Assembly (NCBI RefSeq): GCF_006345805.1
Contig: NC_042998.1
Location: 90,768,001 to 90,832,000 of the forward strand
Length of the DNA stretch: 64,000 bases
Reading direction: 5' to 3'
Source of the DNA: Octopus sinensis
Taxonomy: Eukaryota
Positions 11,713 to 24,300 of the stretch are shown in pieces. Below the pieces are notes generated by a model, which was not told the origin of the DNA, made no database searches, and saw only the letters and a list, made by a program, of their open reading frames with translations. How positions within the stretch are numbered: the first letter of the stretch is position 1; the number at the start of each line of letters is the position of its first letter. The position numbers and the translations under genes are program-made.

Positions 11713-13740
11713 TAACAATATCATTCACCCTAACATCTTGCCCCCATGACATAGATAAAGAGACTAGGCTGTAAAAGGGAGTGAATGACGTCTTCTCACA
11801 CCGCAACTCTGTATACTAATAACGAAGGATCGCCCAGATCAATTCTCTAGATTATCATTAATCCTCAGGTAATTGCTGAGCGAACAGACATGACTAAAAG
11901 TGAATATGAAGTAGAAGCAGCGATATTATTCTTGCCGTCATACCATAATTAAAAGCATTCCAGTTGTTTACGTTAAAGTAAATTATTCGTTTCGTTTACC
12001 CAGGATAGCCAAGTTTATTTTTGTACATTTCTGACTTAATTTTTTAATACAGCATTTATATATATCCTTAAAAAGAAAGATTGTCCTGACGTGTCATTTT
12101 TTAAAACTAGTATAAATTGGCGGTTATTTCTACGAGGCTGATCGCCCACGTAGCTGTAGAAGCTCTGTCGTTGGCTCGACCCCTCTCTACGTGTTCGTCG
12201 CAAAGACGAAGCATTTTCGTAAATTTGTTTGGTTTCTTACAAAGCTAAAACAAAACCTTAGTTTCGTAAACCAGTATGCTAGCTCTGCTTGCATAGTTTT
12301 ATCACGTTTCACATTGTAAGTGGCATCAATATTTTTAATTTTAAACTTTATTATTAATTATGAAATTAATCGATTATATGAAATATCACTGTGTTTCATC
12401 CGTGTGCTAAACGTTTCTCCTTTGCCATAGAATGATCATAGTTTTCTATATATAATTCCACTGCTGATGTTGCCTATCTACAAACAATCTCTTCTACTTT
12501 TATTTTCTCATCTTATATAGTATTTCAATTTCTTCATTTACGTTAGTAATTTTAAACAGTAAACAGACATCAGATACTGTGTGTAGGGAACTGCTTTATA
12601 GACTATTTGGTAATATTTTGTTCTTGAATGTGTTGATATAACAAGTTCTCTTAAATCTTCGTTGCTAATTAACTTAAGAAAAGCTCTGATCATGCAAACT
12701 TATGCGCGAAAGCGTTTCAGCTGTGATCATCCTGCCCCTTTCTCAAGCACAGTGTATCCAGAAGCATTCATTTCTTTTTCCCTTTGAAGACGGTAACTAT
12801 AATTTGATAGATTTTGTTGTATATTGTGGGTCGAGCGAACACGTATAAGCTCTTACGTTGGCTCGTGTATATGTAATCGTTTTGGGTTAGTTTTGTTGGT
12901 AAATTTTTACCGTTTTGTTTAATAATCAATATTTAAAGACATACATCCAATGATGTCCAACTATTAACACCTACTTAATATGAAAAATATAAACTTTAGC
13001 GTGGGGGTGAGGTGGTAAAAATTTACCGATCGGGAGACATTAACACGTTTTAGGTAATATTCTGATCTAAAAAGAAACGTAAATATTAAGGTGTTTAATC
13101 TTAGCATTTCAATATTCAAAGTTAACATTATGAAAAGTTGCAAGTGAGAACTTAGTTTTTGATACCTCGGCAAGCTTGCTTAAAAATTGTCAAGACAAAC
13201 GCGCTTATTTGAATCATAAATAAGAGGATGGAACTATCATCGTCGATTTTTGAAGTTGTTCTAAATACTTAAAGTAACTCAGTGCACTGTTCATTTAGTA
13301 ATTTTTGGCAACGAAATATTTCAGGTAAACTGAAGTGGTAAACGATTCTAAGGTCGTGTTACCAAATTTTGGTCTCCGTTGTTTACTTTGATTAACGATT
13401 TATTTTTTAAAGTAATACTCAAACATATGCAACTTTAGATCATTTTTCATAAAAATTTGTTATAAAAGGGGAAGACCATGTATACTCTCTCAGTCACACA
13501 CACATCTTTAGAAGATGATTCGTAATGCTATTTGTGATATTTGTTATTCCTTAAGATGGGCAAAATTATTTTTTGGCCACCTAACCTTTTCGAAGCTTTT
13601 TTTGTTTTCAGTCTATTGTCTATATCATTCTTTTTAATAACTTCTAACGAATTTTATCCAGCAATTCAATTAAACGACCAACTAGCACGATCAAACTAGA
13701 AAATTAGCAAGCACCAAGTTGAACTGGAACCTACAACACG
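11630..13740. promoter_or_regulatory. CpG-retaining region, probable DBR1 promoter/TSS with non-coding first exon ending near 12315
   Basis: CpG is abundant here but scarce in most of the window. Consensus donor ACATT/GTAAGT at 12316. DBR1 ATG exon has an upstream acceptor (18114), so an upstream exon is required. Confidence 0.55.
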
Positions 13741-14347
13741 TAAGCACTGTGCTTACATGATGTGGAAATGTTAACTGTTTAGTCATACAGTCATTGACCT
13801 TGCTCTACTTGGCTTCAAATTTTTACTGTTATTTTTATTTTTTTACAAGCCTGAGATAATGTGGAGTGTGGCAAAATCCCTCTACAAAGGTTATGTACGT
13901 CCTCTAAATATATGATCCAACATGTTATAAACCCGAGTAAGTTTGATCTGCCTCATACTGCCTAGAAAAGATAGAATAAAGTCCTCAGTAAATTTGTTGA
14001 TTTACTATGCCATAAATTCTAATGAACTAATACATTTAGCTATCATTTTGCAGTTAGAACCAGTTTACTGTTCACAGAAACTACCATGAGAATTGTCTTG
14101 AATTCTGTCGTTAGGAATTACAATACAAAAATACAAGTAAGAAAAAACAGAAATTAGTGTCCTAAATCCTATTTATTCTGTCTTAAATAAGCTCCATATA
14201 TGAATTTAATTAACCTGATAAACCACACATCAGCACATATTTTCCCTTGCATCACCTGTTTTACCATCTCATTTTGTTTTGTGAATTAGAAATGCTTTTC
14301 TGAAAACTGTCATGTTCACACTGTTTATTTTGTAGTAATTTTTACAA

Positions 14348-14393
<46 letters not shown>

Positions 14394-15714
14394 AAAGTAA
14401 TACATTGTCTCATAAGTTATTAGTCTTATTTGTGTAGCTTCTCTCATATAATTAGTATAGTTATTTGCTAATTCTACTTATTAGTCTGATTATTCCTTCC
14501 CAAATCACATTCAATGATTTTTAAAAATTCCCCTTCATGTACACTATAAAATAGCCATCAGTGCATCATAGTGAATGCAAATATATGACAATAGGCCAAA
14601 TTAACTGTGGCATTCATCTGAAGATATCTCTTATGTCTGTACTGATTGTCATAGGCTGATGACGGGTTAATAACAAGACTATATCGGTATTGAAGTAAGG
14701 CGGCTAGTTTATTCAAAATATATTTTGAATAAATGTAGCTTGTTCTGTTGAAGGTTGTTGGTATTTTTTAGGTAACATCTTTCATCTTTCACCATGTGAA
14801 TCATTTGCTTCAGCTTTTTAGGGAAATTTCAAATCTCACCAAAGTTAAATTTACATTTCATCCTTTCAGAATTGGTAAAATAAAACCAATCTGAAGTTGT
14901 GGGAATTAACAGAATTGTTAGAGCATAGAACAAGATGTCTTGTGGTGTTTGTTTGAGCCCTTTGCGTTCTGAGATTTTGGTTTATAGACTTGATCCATTG
15001 CCCAGTTTAACTGCTGTATCATTATTAAGAGTTCACTCAGATGCAAACATTTGGGCCTGATTTAAGAATATCTTCCTCCTTTTCTCCCACCAGTTTCAGA
15101 GGCTCTGAAAAATAAAGGGTCCTATGTTCTACCTTTTCTTCCTTGACTAAGCTGAGATAGTGATGTTTTGCAGTCTCTTTATTTTTCTTAATTAGCTTCA
15201 TTTGTTCTTCCGAGAAGTTATTAAATTTCAACTTAAATTTGTTTTTTACAAGACCTTAAACATAGACATGAACACACATCCACACATATTCATTTGATTA
15301 GCATCCATTTTTTCATGCTAGCATGGTTTTGGATGGAGATTTAATGCAGAATCTTATGGTTGGATGGTCTTCCTGTTGGCAATCCATACTTGTTTTTCAA
15401 GTAAAGAGTATCTGTATTGCATAGGTCTTTGAAAGCAGAGTGACTACTCTTGATGCCAACAAAGAATCCAACATCAACATTGTTTCATTAAAGCAGTATA
15501 AAGCATAGAACATTTATTGATGCATATTTGTGTGTGCACTTACACACATGCAATGGGCTTCATACAGTTTCTGTCTACTGAATTATCTTACAAGATGTTA
15601 GTTGGCCTGGGGGTAGACAATCAGACACTTAATCATGATGCTATGTAATGGGACTGAACTTGAAACCATATGATTGTGAAGTGGACTTTTTAACCACACA
15701 CCTATACTTGCACC

Positions 15715-15746
<32 letters not shown>

Positions 15747-16058
15747 CTCATTACAAAATATAAAGTTATATCTTGAGTGACAACAACACTCAAGATATAC
15801 AATGGACTGGAAATAGAAGTGCTCCAATGAGCTGTATACACTTTTTTATCTTAGGGGAGGCAACAGGAGCAACAACCACAGGATAATCTGTTGCTTGACT
15901 GAGGAAAGATAAGTTCAAATGACCCGTCCTTGTTTTCTTTGTATCGTCCATCTGGGTGTTTTGTTGTCCCTCTTTGTATCACCTAGCTGTCCGGATGTTT
16001 TGCGTTCTTGTCCCATTTTGTATTTTTTATATCTATGTATAATGTGTGTATATATATA

Positions 16059-16790
16059 TCATCATCATCGTTTAATGTCCGCTTTCCATGTTGGCATGGG
16101 TTGGATGATTTGACTTAGGTTTGGCGAACCAGATGGCTGCACCAAGCTCCAATCTGATCTAGCAGAGTTTCTGCAGCTGGATGCCCTTCTTAATGCCAAC
16201 CACTCCAAGAGTGTAGTGGGTGCTTTTATGTGCCACCGGCACGAGGGCCAGTAAGACGGTACTAGCAACAGCCACGCTCAAATGGTGCTTTTTATGTGCC
16301 ACCTGCACAGGAGCCAGTCCAGCGGCATTGGCAATGACCTCGCTTGAATGTTTTTTCACGTGCCAGTAAGTCAACGCAGGTAACGATCACACTCGAATGG
16401 TGCTTTTTACATGCCACCGGCACGGAAGCCAGTTCGTTGCTCTGGCAACGATCACACTCGGATGGTACTCTTAGCGTTTCACAAGCATGGATGCCTGTCA
16501 TCGAATTTGATTTCGATTGCCTCAACAGGTCTTCGCAAGCAGAGTTTAGTGTCCAATGAAGGAAAGGCACTCATAAGTGGGCTGGTTACACCCCTGGCAT
16601 AGGCCACAAGGTTATGGTCTCACTTGGTTTGCTGAGTCTTCTCAAGCACAGCATATTTTCAAAGGTCCCGGTCACCAGTCATTGCCTCAGTGAGGCCCAA
16701 TGTTCAAAGGTCATGCTTCACCACCTCATCCCAGGTCTTCCTGGGTCTATCTCTTCCACAGGTTCCCTCAACCGCTAGGGTGTGGCACTT
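16059..16790 (-). mobile_element. RTE-clade LINE 3' end (ORF2 C-terminus, repeat-containing 3' UTR, (GAT)n tail)
   Basis: VEGTCGRDRPRKTWDEVVKHDL.TLGLTEAM..DRD on - strand; (CAT)n at 16059. Confidence 0.82.
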
Positions 16791-17716
16791 TATATAAATA
16801 AGGATAAAATCGATATTTAAATACTAATCTTCTCAGGTGGCCAGCATGGGAATAAAAACCTTCAAAGGTAATAATTAGTTACAATTATAATTTTAACTAA
16901 TAGTATGAACTTTTTTACCCTGTTACTTTTACTCCCTCCCCTCAGCAGTCATTCAAATAGCTCTTTTGTCTTAATAACAGTCAATCACACAGTAATTTCC
17001 CTTTGTATAATGGTCATTTTTCATAGCATTTTTCCAATGGCCAGATAACTGAAGAGATGATGGCATAGATTTATCATGGCTACCGAATAATTGTCACATA
17101 TTACATTTACAGATAAATTCCTCTATTTACATAATATCGAGGTCTCTTTCATTCTTTTGTTGTCTTACCATTTTTATCAATATATATAGTACAGGTTGTA
17201 CTATTCACCCTTTTAATCAGAGATTAATAAAAGCACGGCTCACAAGACTGCCATTCAGGTGATTTTCTTGAGTCACCATCTCACCTTTGTACACCACTCT
17301 ATCAGCTGAGTGGACTGAAGCAAGATGAAATGAAGTGTTTTGCTTAAGAACACAATACACAGCTGGTCTGGCAGCCAAAACTATGATCTCACAATCATGA
17401 GTGCCAACACCCTAATCACTAGACCATGCACCTTCTGGTTTCTTAGCTTTTTATTATTTTATTCAAAATTAAATCAGTCTCAAGGAAAATTCAACCTTAG
17501 TTTTCTCTCTTTCTTATCAACACATGACACACAATTATTGTGGAGTTAGATGATAGTTCTTCTGCCATCCATCTTAAACTATATCTGTATCCAAAAGACT
17601 CAGGTCTGAGTGCTCTGTTAGCTTTCTGCCTACGTCACTGGTGCAAGCAAAAACAAAACTATTTGAATGTATCCTCTCAAAGAAATGAAACAAAAATTTC
17701 TGAGTTAAATATTTTC

Positions 17717-18072
17717 TGTGGTAAGAAACTTGCTTCGCAACTACATGGTTCCAGATTCAATCCCAATGCATGGTACCTTGGGCAAGTGTCTTCTACTATA
17801 GCCTTGGGTTGACCAAAGCCTTGTGAGTGGATTTGGTGATAGCCAGAAACTGAAAGAAGCCTATTGTGTACATACATATAAATATATATATGTATGTTTT
17901 CATGTCTGTGTTTGTTCCCCCTCCCCATTGCTTGACAACCATTTTTGGTGTGTTTTTGTGCCTATAATTTAGCAGTACAGCAAATTAAAATAACCAAGTC
18001 AATTCACTCAACTAAAATTCTTCAAGGTAGTGCTCCAGCATGGCCACAGTCTAATGACTGAAACAAATAAAA
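17717..18072 (+). mobile_element. tRNA-derived SINE (cephalopod family) with CR1-like 3' tail
   Basis: A/B-box-like head (TGTGGTAAGAAACTTGC...GATTCAATCCC). Homologous copies at 19160-19320(+), 37771-37850(+), 15540-15715(-), 21901-22050(-), 38259-38360(-). Confidence 0.72.
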
Positions 18073-18132
18073 GTTGTTATGAATATAACATAATCTTTTC
18101 TTTTTCTATTTCAGTTTTGGTCTAACATAGAA

Positions 18133-18329
18133 ATGAAGATTGCTGTTGAGGGTTGTGCTCATGGAGAGCTGGACAAAATTTATGAAACTATTCAGTATAT
18201 TGAAAAGAAAGAAAACACCAAGGTTGATCTACTCTTAATTTGTGGTGATTTTCAAGCTGTCAGATATGAAAGTGATATGAAATGTATGGCTGTACCAAAG
18301 AAATTTCAAAAAATGAATTCATTTTATAA
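18133..18329 (+). CDS. DBR1: DBR1 coding exon 1 (exon begins 18115)
   Basis: [18 protein letters not shown]...GDFQAVR; acceptor ttcAG at 18114, donor GTATGT at 18330. Confidence 0.96.
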
Positions 18330-21300
18330 GTATGTATTTATTTTGTTGTTTTAAAATACTAATCATTAGATTTTACTGAGGACATAAAAATTTACTTTGA
18401 ATATAAGCACTCTTAAGTTAATAAGTATATCATATTAAAGAACAGGTATGGTTTTTTTTTAATTGCAACTAAAAAAAACGTTGAGAAATATTTTCCAATA
18501 ATTTTACTTACTTTCTACAATTATTATATTGAGTACATCATTAGAAATACATTTCTTTAAATTTGCATCAAGTTTTACTTCCTAGTCTTCAATTTAAAAG
18601 CAGTTAGCCATTTTGGATTGTGAGTTATTGATGTTAATACTCTTTCTCTAGGTATTATAATGGGGAAAAAGTTACTCCAGTTCTCACAATTATCATTGGA
18701 GGGAATCATGAAGCCTCCAATTACATGCAAGAATTACCTTATGGTGGCTGGTTGGCTCCAAATATTTATTATCTTGGTAAGTTAATGATTCAGTCATGTC
18801 ATTACTAAAGAAATATTACCAGTTGTTGTTTATATTTTGATATCAAATTTGTTTTTTCAACTCTTTCAATTTGTTTACGGTGTTGTGTAGTGCCAGGTCA
18901 GGACATGCAGTAATGAATCATATAAGTTGAAGTGTTAGTCTACATAACATAATACTTCTGTGTGTATGCATGGGCACATTCAAGATGGAGTAACAAATTC
19001 AAAAAAGATTTATAACTTAATATGCTCTGTGAATGAAAAATTACCACTTTAGCCACCATAGCTTCTACATGATTCTAACTACACATAGTCTCTTGGCAAT
19101 TACTCTCTATACTTTCCACCAGAAAGTCATAGCTAGGAATTGTTCACTAAAATGAAAAAGTATAGCCATGTGGGTGAAGTTCACCTCCCAACCACATGGT
19201 CACAGGTTCAGTCCCACTGTACAGCACCTTCGGTAAGTGTTTTCTACAACAGCCTTGAGCTAACCAAAGCCTTGTGAATGAATTTGGTAAGTGCGAACTA
19301 AGTCCATCGTGTGTGTGTGTGTGAAAGTTCTCATGTCTCTTTGTCTGGGCTTCATATGATTATATTTTAGGGTAATTTTTTTACTTAAATATTCAGTAAC
19401 TGTTTGACAATACTGAACTAGATAAAATGGCTGAAGAGTGTAAAGATAACTTAATTTGTCATGCAGTGGTTTTGTTTTCTGTTATAGGTTATGCTTCTAT
19501 TGTTCAGTTTGGTGGTGTCCGTATTGGTGGATTATCAGGGATTTATAAAGGGCAAGATTTTTATAGAGGTAAAACTACATTGATATAATAATTTTCCAAC
19601 ATTAATATGAAAACATGCAAGGAATTTTTTTCCTTCCCTATCTGACTTAATCCCTCACCTGTTAACTAGTAAACCTCATATTCTGTGTCTTAATTATACT
19701 CATCATCATCATCATTTAATGTTGTATTCTTTGCACAAAATGGTTTCTGTGACTATTTATAATCTACTATATCTTTAAGACTTCAGTTTGTTTTGAAAAT
19801 CTCTGTTTCTCATCCTTCTGATATTATCTGTGGGTTCTCTCCCAAACATTTCTAACTATTGTCATCTTCTTTACTGTGTTTTCCCTGTTGAGGAGACTTT
19901 CATCTTTCCAAGATGTCTTGTATCTCTGCCATTTTGGATTGTTCTAATCCAATCTTCTTCAAATGCTGAACTAAACTAAACTATTTCTGTCCTTGAAAGG
20001 TGAAGCATTAGATATAAAAACAAAAATATTCAGATTTTGTTACTTCCATTTGGCCTTACAATGGTGAAAATTGATTACTCTGCTTTTGGAGGAATTTCAT
20101 CACAGATTTTTTTCAAAAAGTTATTAGTTAATAAAACATTTAAGTTAGCAAATGCTACAGCAGTGGCAGTTTGGTTGCTGCTAGTAGAATCAAATAATGT
20201 AAGAGTGTATTGAGTTGCTAAGTCATCATCATCATCATCATCAATTAACGTCCGCTTTCCATGCTAGCATGGGTTGGACGGTTCAACTGGGGTCTGGGGA
20301 GCCCGAAAGCTGCACCAGTCCAGTCAGATCTGGCAGCGTTTCTACAGCTGGATGCCCTTCCTAACGCCAACCACTCCGAGAGTGTAGTGGGTGATTTTAT
20401 GTGCCACCGACACAGGTGCCAGACGAGGCTGGCAAACGGCCACGCTCAGATGGTGTTTTTTATGTGCCACCGACACAGGTGCCAGACGAGGCTGGCATCT
20501 CTTTACTGTACATTTTGAATCTAATACAAGGGCTGAATTTTTAAGAAACATTGAAAGATGTCAGTAGATAACAACAGAAAAGATTCATAATAAGAAGGCA
20601 ACAGGATGGTATGAATTGCAATAGTTTAATATCTTGACTCAAAAAAGTTAGAATCCGAAACTTTAAATTTATTTGAGATCCACAATTTTTATTTCTAGCA
20701 GATCTTTACATTTTTCAATATTAAAGCGATGCATATAACGATTGCATAATAATTGTGTTTTAAATATATTATTTTGTGATCAAAATAAATGAATTTTGTC
20801 ATTCTCATATTGTAGGCCATTATGAACATCCACCTTACACAGAAGAGACAAAACGATCTGTCTACCATGTTCGGAACTTAGAATTTTTCCGAATGAAACA
20901 GGTAATTGTAAGATAGAGAATGATCATTAAGATAGCTTTTAAATTTATTCCTATATCTTTCAAAAGAAAAAAAAATGCCAGGACTAAAATGTTTTAAACT
21001 GCTGCTTTGTTTAAATTTTCTTTTTAACATTTCATTATAGAAAGCTGTCACTAAACAATTTATGTAATTGTATCTATTTACAGATCAAGCGGCATGTTGA
21101 TATAATGTTATCACATGACTGGCCACGTGGAATTCATAAATATGGGGATCTCAGAGATCTCCTTCGAAAGAAGAAATTTCTGGAAAATGACATTGAGACT
21201 AACACATTAGGTAGTCCACCTGCTGAGGAACTTCTTCACCTCCTTCAACCAACATACTGGTTTTCTGCCCATCTACATGTAAAATTTTCTGCTATTGTGC

Positions 21301-24300
21301 CTCATAGGGTAAATATGTTTTAAATAATTATTAAACTCTTCAAACAATAGATCTCAACATCTAAACGTCCCCTTTTTTATGTTTGCATGGGCCAGAGGGA
21401 ATTTGTTGAGAAAAATTTTCCATGCCGGGATGCCCTTCCTGTCAGTAATCACCTTCTCCAAGTAAAGTAATATTTTCCGATGGCCAGATGTTTTTACAGA
21501 GAATTGGAAATGAAGGGCACTGCTTGCTCAACACTGATACTCACAACTGTCACATCATATCAAGATAAGGAGATACATACTCATGTCAATATAGTGTGGA
21601 CACATGGCCTAGTTGTTAGGGTGTTGCACTCATGACAACGAAATCTTAGTTTCAATTTCTAGACTGGGTGGTGCATTCTTGAGAAAAACACTTCATCTCG
21701 TTTTGCTCTGCAATCACTTCAACACTTGATATGTGGTACACTGTGCACCTGTTCAGGTAATGTTGATTTGACAGAAGGAATGAGCTAATGTAAAGCACAT
21801 ACATTTGATCACTATAAACAAATCATTTGTATAGGCCATTCAGTAAAAGTTGAACGCTCATATGTCATCTTTGACAGGAGAGTCCATCATATATATATAC
21901 TACAGGCTTCTTCCAGTTTCTGTCTGCTAGATCCACTCACCAGGCTTTAGTCAACCCAAGGCTAGAGTAGAAAACACTTGCTCAAAGTACCACAATAAGA
22001 CTGAACCTGAAAATATGTAAACTTCTCAACTGCATAGTTCATGCCTGTACCTTATAATAGTATTAGATACATATGAATTAAGGTGAAGTCAAACATTTTC
22101 TTTTTTATTGAAACTTACACAGATACACTTTCCATTATATCATCATATTTTTACAGATTCAAAAGATGAATAATTTCTCAATCATAATAGAGGCAAGCTT
22201 AGCTGTGGGTTGGTTTCAATCCCAGTGCATGGCACCTTGGACTTTACTTAATTTAGGGCTATAGTAGATGGAAACTGAAGGAAGCCAGTCATATGCATAT
22301 AACACACACATGAACCTGTGTTTGTTTACATTTGTGCTCTAGGTAAACTCCGAGCAGTATTGCTGGTGTCACTTCTTTCAACAAATTGTTTGCTCACTTC
22401 ACACCTCCAAAGACATGTAAAATAAGACATCCCTTCCTTAAAAAGATTTTAAAAATTAATGGCAGGAAGGGCCCTCAGTAATATATTTTTGTGTAAGCCT
22501 GTGTTAACATGAAAAGATGGATGTAAAATCAGACATATGAACATTCTGTTTACAAAGTGAAAATTTTAAGGCAAATTCTTGATGTTTAAGATACTATGAT
22601 GTTACTGTGAGATAATTGAAAAAAAAAATCCTCAAAGGCTGACGCTTTAGGCCCAATACAGCTTGTCACCAGTGTTGCTGCAGGTTTTGCTGTTTGATAG
22701 CCAGAAGGGAAGCTTAGTGATTATCAGTTCTAACCTTTTAAACTCTAACATTTTTGCCATTCCACTACCCTAGATTTTTTTTTTTTTTTTTTATGACCCT
22801 GAAAGGCTGAAACTAATCTCCCTGTTTCCACTTGTGTCAGTTATTTACCAAAAGACTTGTACACATTGATTCCTGTTTGAATTTCTTTTCAGTACATCTA
22901 GATACCACTTCCTTTGTCCTCTTCACATGTTTTCCTGCATAGACAATTGTTTTTGGAAGCTGATGATGAGCATTTGCACAATATGACCAGTCCATCACAG
23001 CTGATGTGTAAATATAGACTCAAAGAATGGTATAGTGCCTCACTCTTGCACAATAATATTCCTCTAAGGCAACGAGCTGGCAAAATTGTTGGCATGCCAG
23101 GTATTTCATCTGTCTTTAGGTTCTGAGTTCACACTCTGCTGAGGTCGACTTCGCCTTTCATCCTTTCTGGGTCAATAAATTAAGTACCAGTTGCATCTGG
23201 GGTTGATCTAATCGACTGGCCCCCTCCCCAAAAATTTTGGGCATTGTGCCAAGAGTAGAAAAGAATATTCCTCTATCTGTTCTGCCACTGGAGGTGCAGG
23301 GTTTCTTCAAATATCTCTGGTACTATTTTTCTACAACTTAGAATAAATGACCATCTTAAATCTAACCTTCTGTGTACATGCTGCTCACTATAACTTGGTC
23401 TATAATAACACATACATTTCTTAACAGACATAAGATGATAGCTCTTTGATCGCATTTCTGATATCAAAATAGCCTTTTCCTGACAAAGTAAGGTCCAAGG
23501 TTTTAGCCAGGTCTCCTTTCACTAGAGTCCCTTCATCCACATTATTTCTAAACTTACATTTGCTTACTGTTTTGTTTTCTTATTTTTTTTTTCATAAATT
23601 TCTAGACTGAAAGTGGTGAATTTAAATCAAAAACCAAATTTCTTTCACTTGATAAATGTTTGCCGAGAAGAGATTTCTTACAGGTAATTGTTTTAGATAA
23701 TATTTTTAAAAAACAATTTTTTTTAGACATTGCTTAGTTGAATTTGTGATCATAAAGCAAACACTGCAAATCAAATACTTGTAACTTATGATATTTATGT
23801 GTCAAAGACAGGAATATTTTTCTACAATTAAATTAATATCAATTTTTTTTTTGTCTTTTCAACTTCAGATTTTAGATATTCCTCACAGAAAACCTTTAAA
23901 GCTACAGCTAGACCCTGAATGGTTAGCTGTTCTAAAATCAACTAACCATTTACTAAACTTGCATAGGTCCAACTGTTATATGCCTGGACCTGGAACTGAT
24001 GAACGGTAAAACTTTTAGATCTTGTCATTGATTGGAATGTTGAATTATTTAATAGACATTGTTCAGCAAAATTACATTTAAATTTGTTAGCTGATGTTGG
24101 GTCATTTCATATATTCTTATCAGATTTTTTCTTTTTTATCTATTGGTTCCTAGGTATGATTTCACAGCAACCGATGAAGATATACAAAATATAATTGATG
24201 ATTTTGGTGGAGATCTTACCATCCCAGAAAATTTTGTGCAAAGTGAAAATGTCTCAGATATACATATCAATGAACAAACAACTTTACTTTGTGATATGTT

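Noticed and set aside
17717-17790. tRNA gene candidates at SINE heads (also 21594-21670)
   Set aside because: No closed cloverleaf; they continue into SINE bodies.
23869-23875. Alternative DBR1 acceptor 7 nt downstream (tttAG)
   Set aside because: Would shift the frame; the upstream AG gives the conserved FLQ-IL reading.
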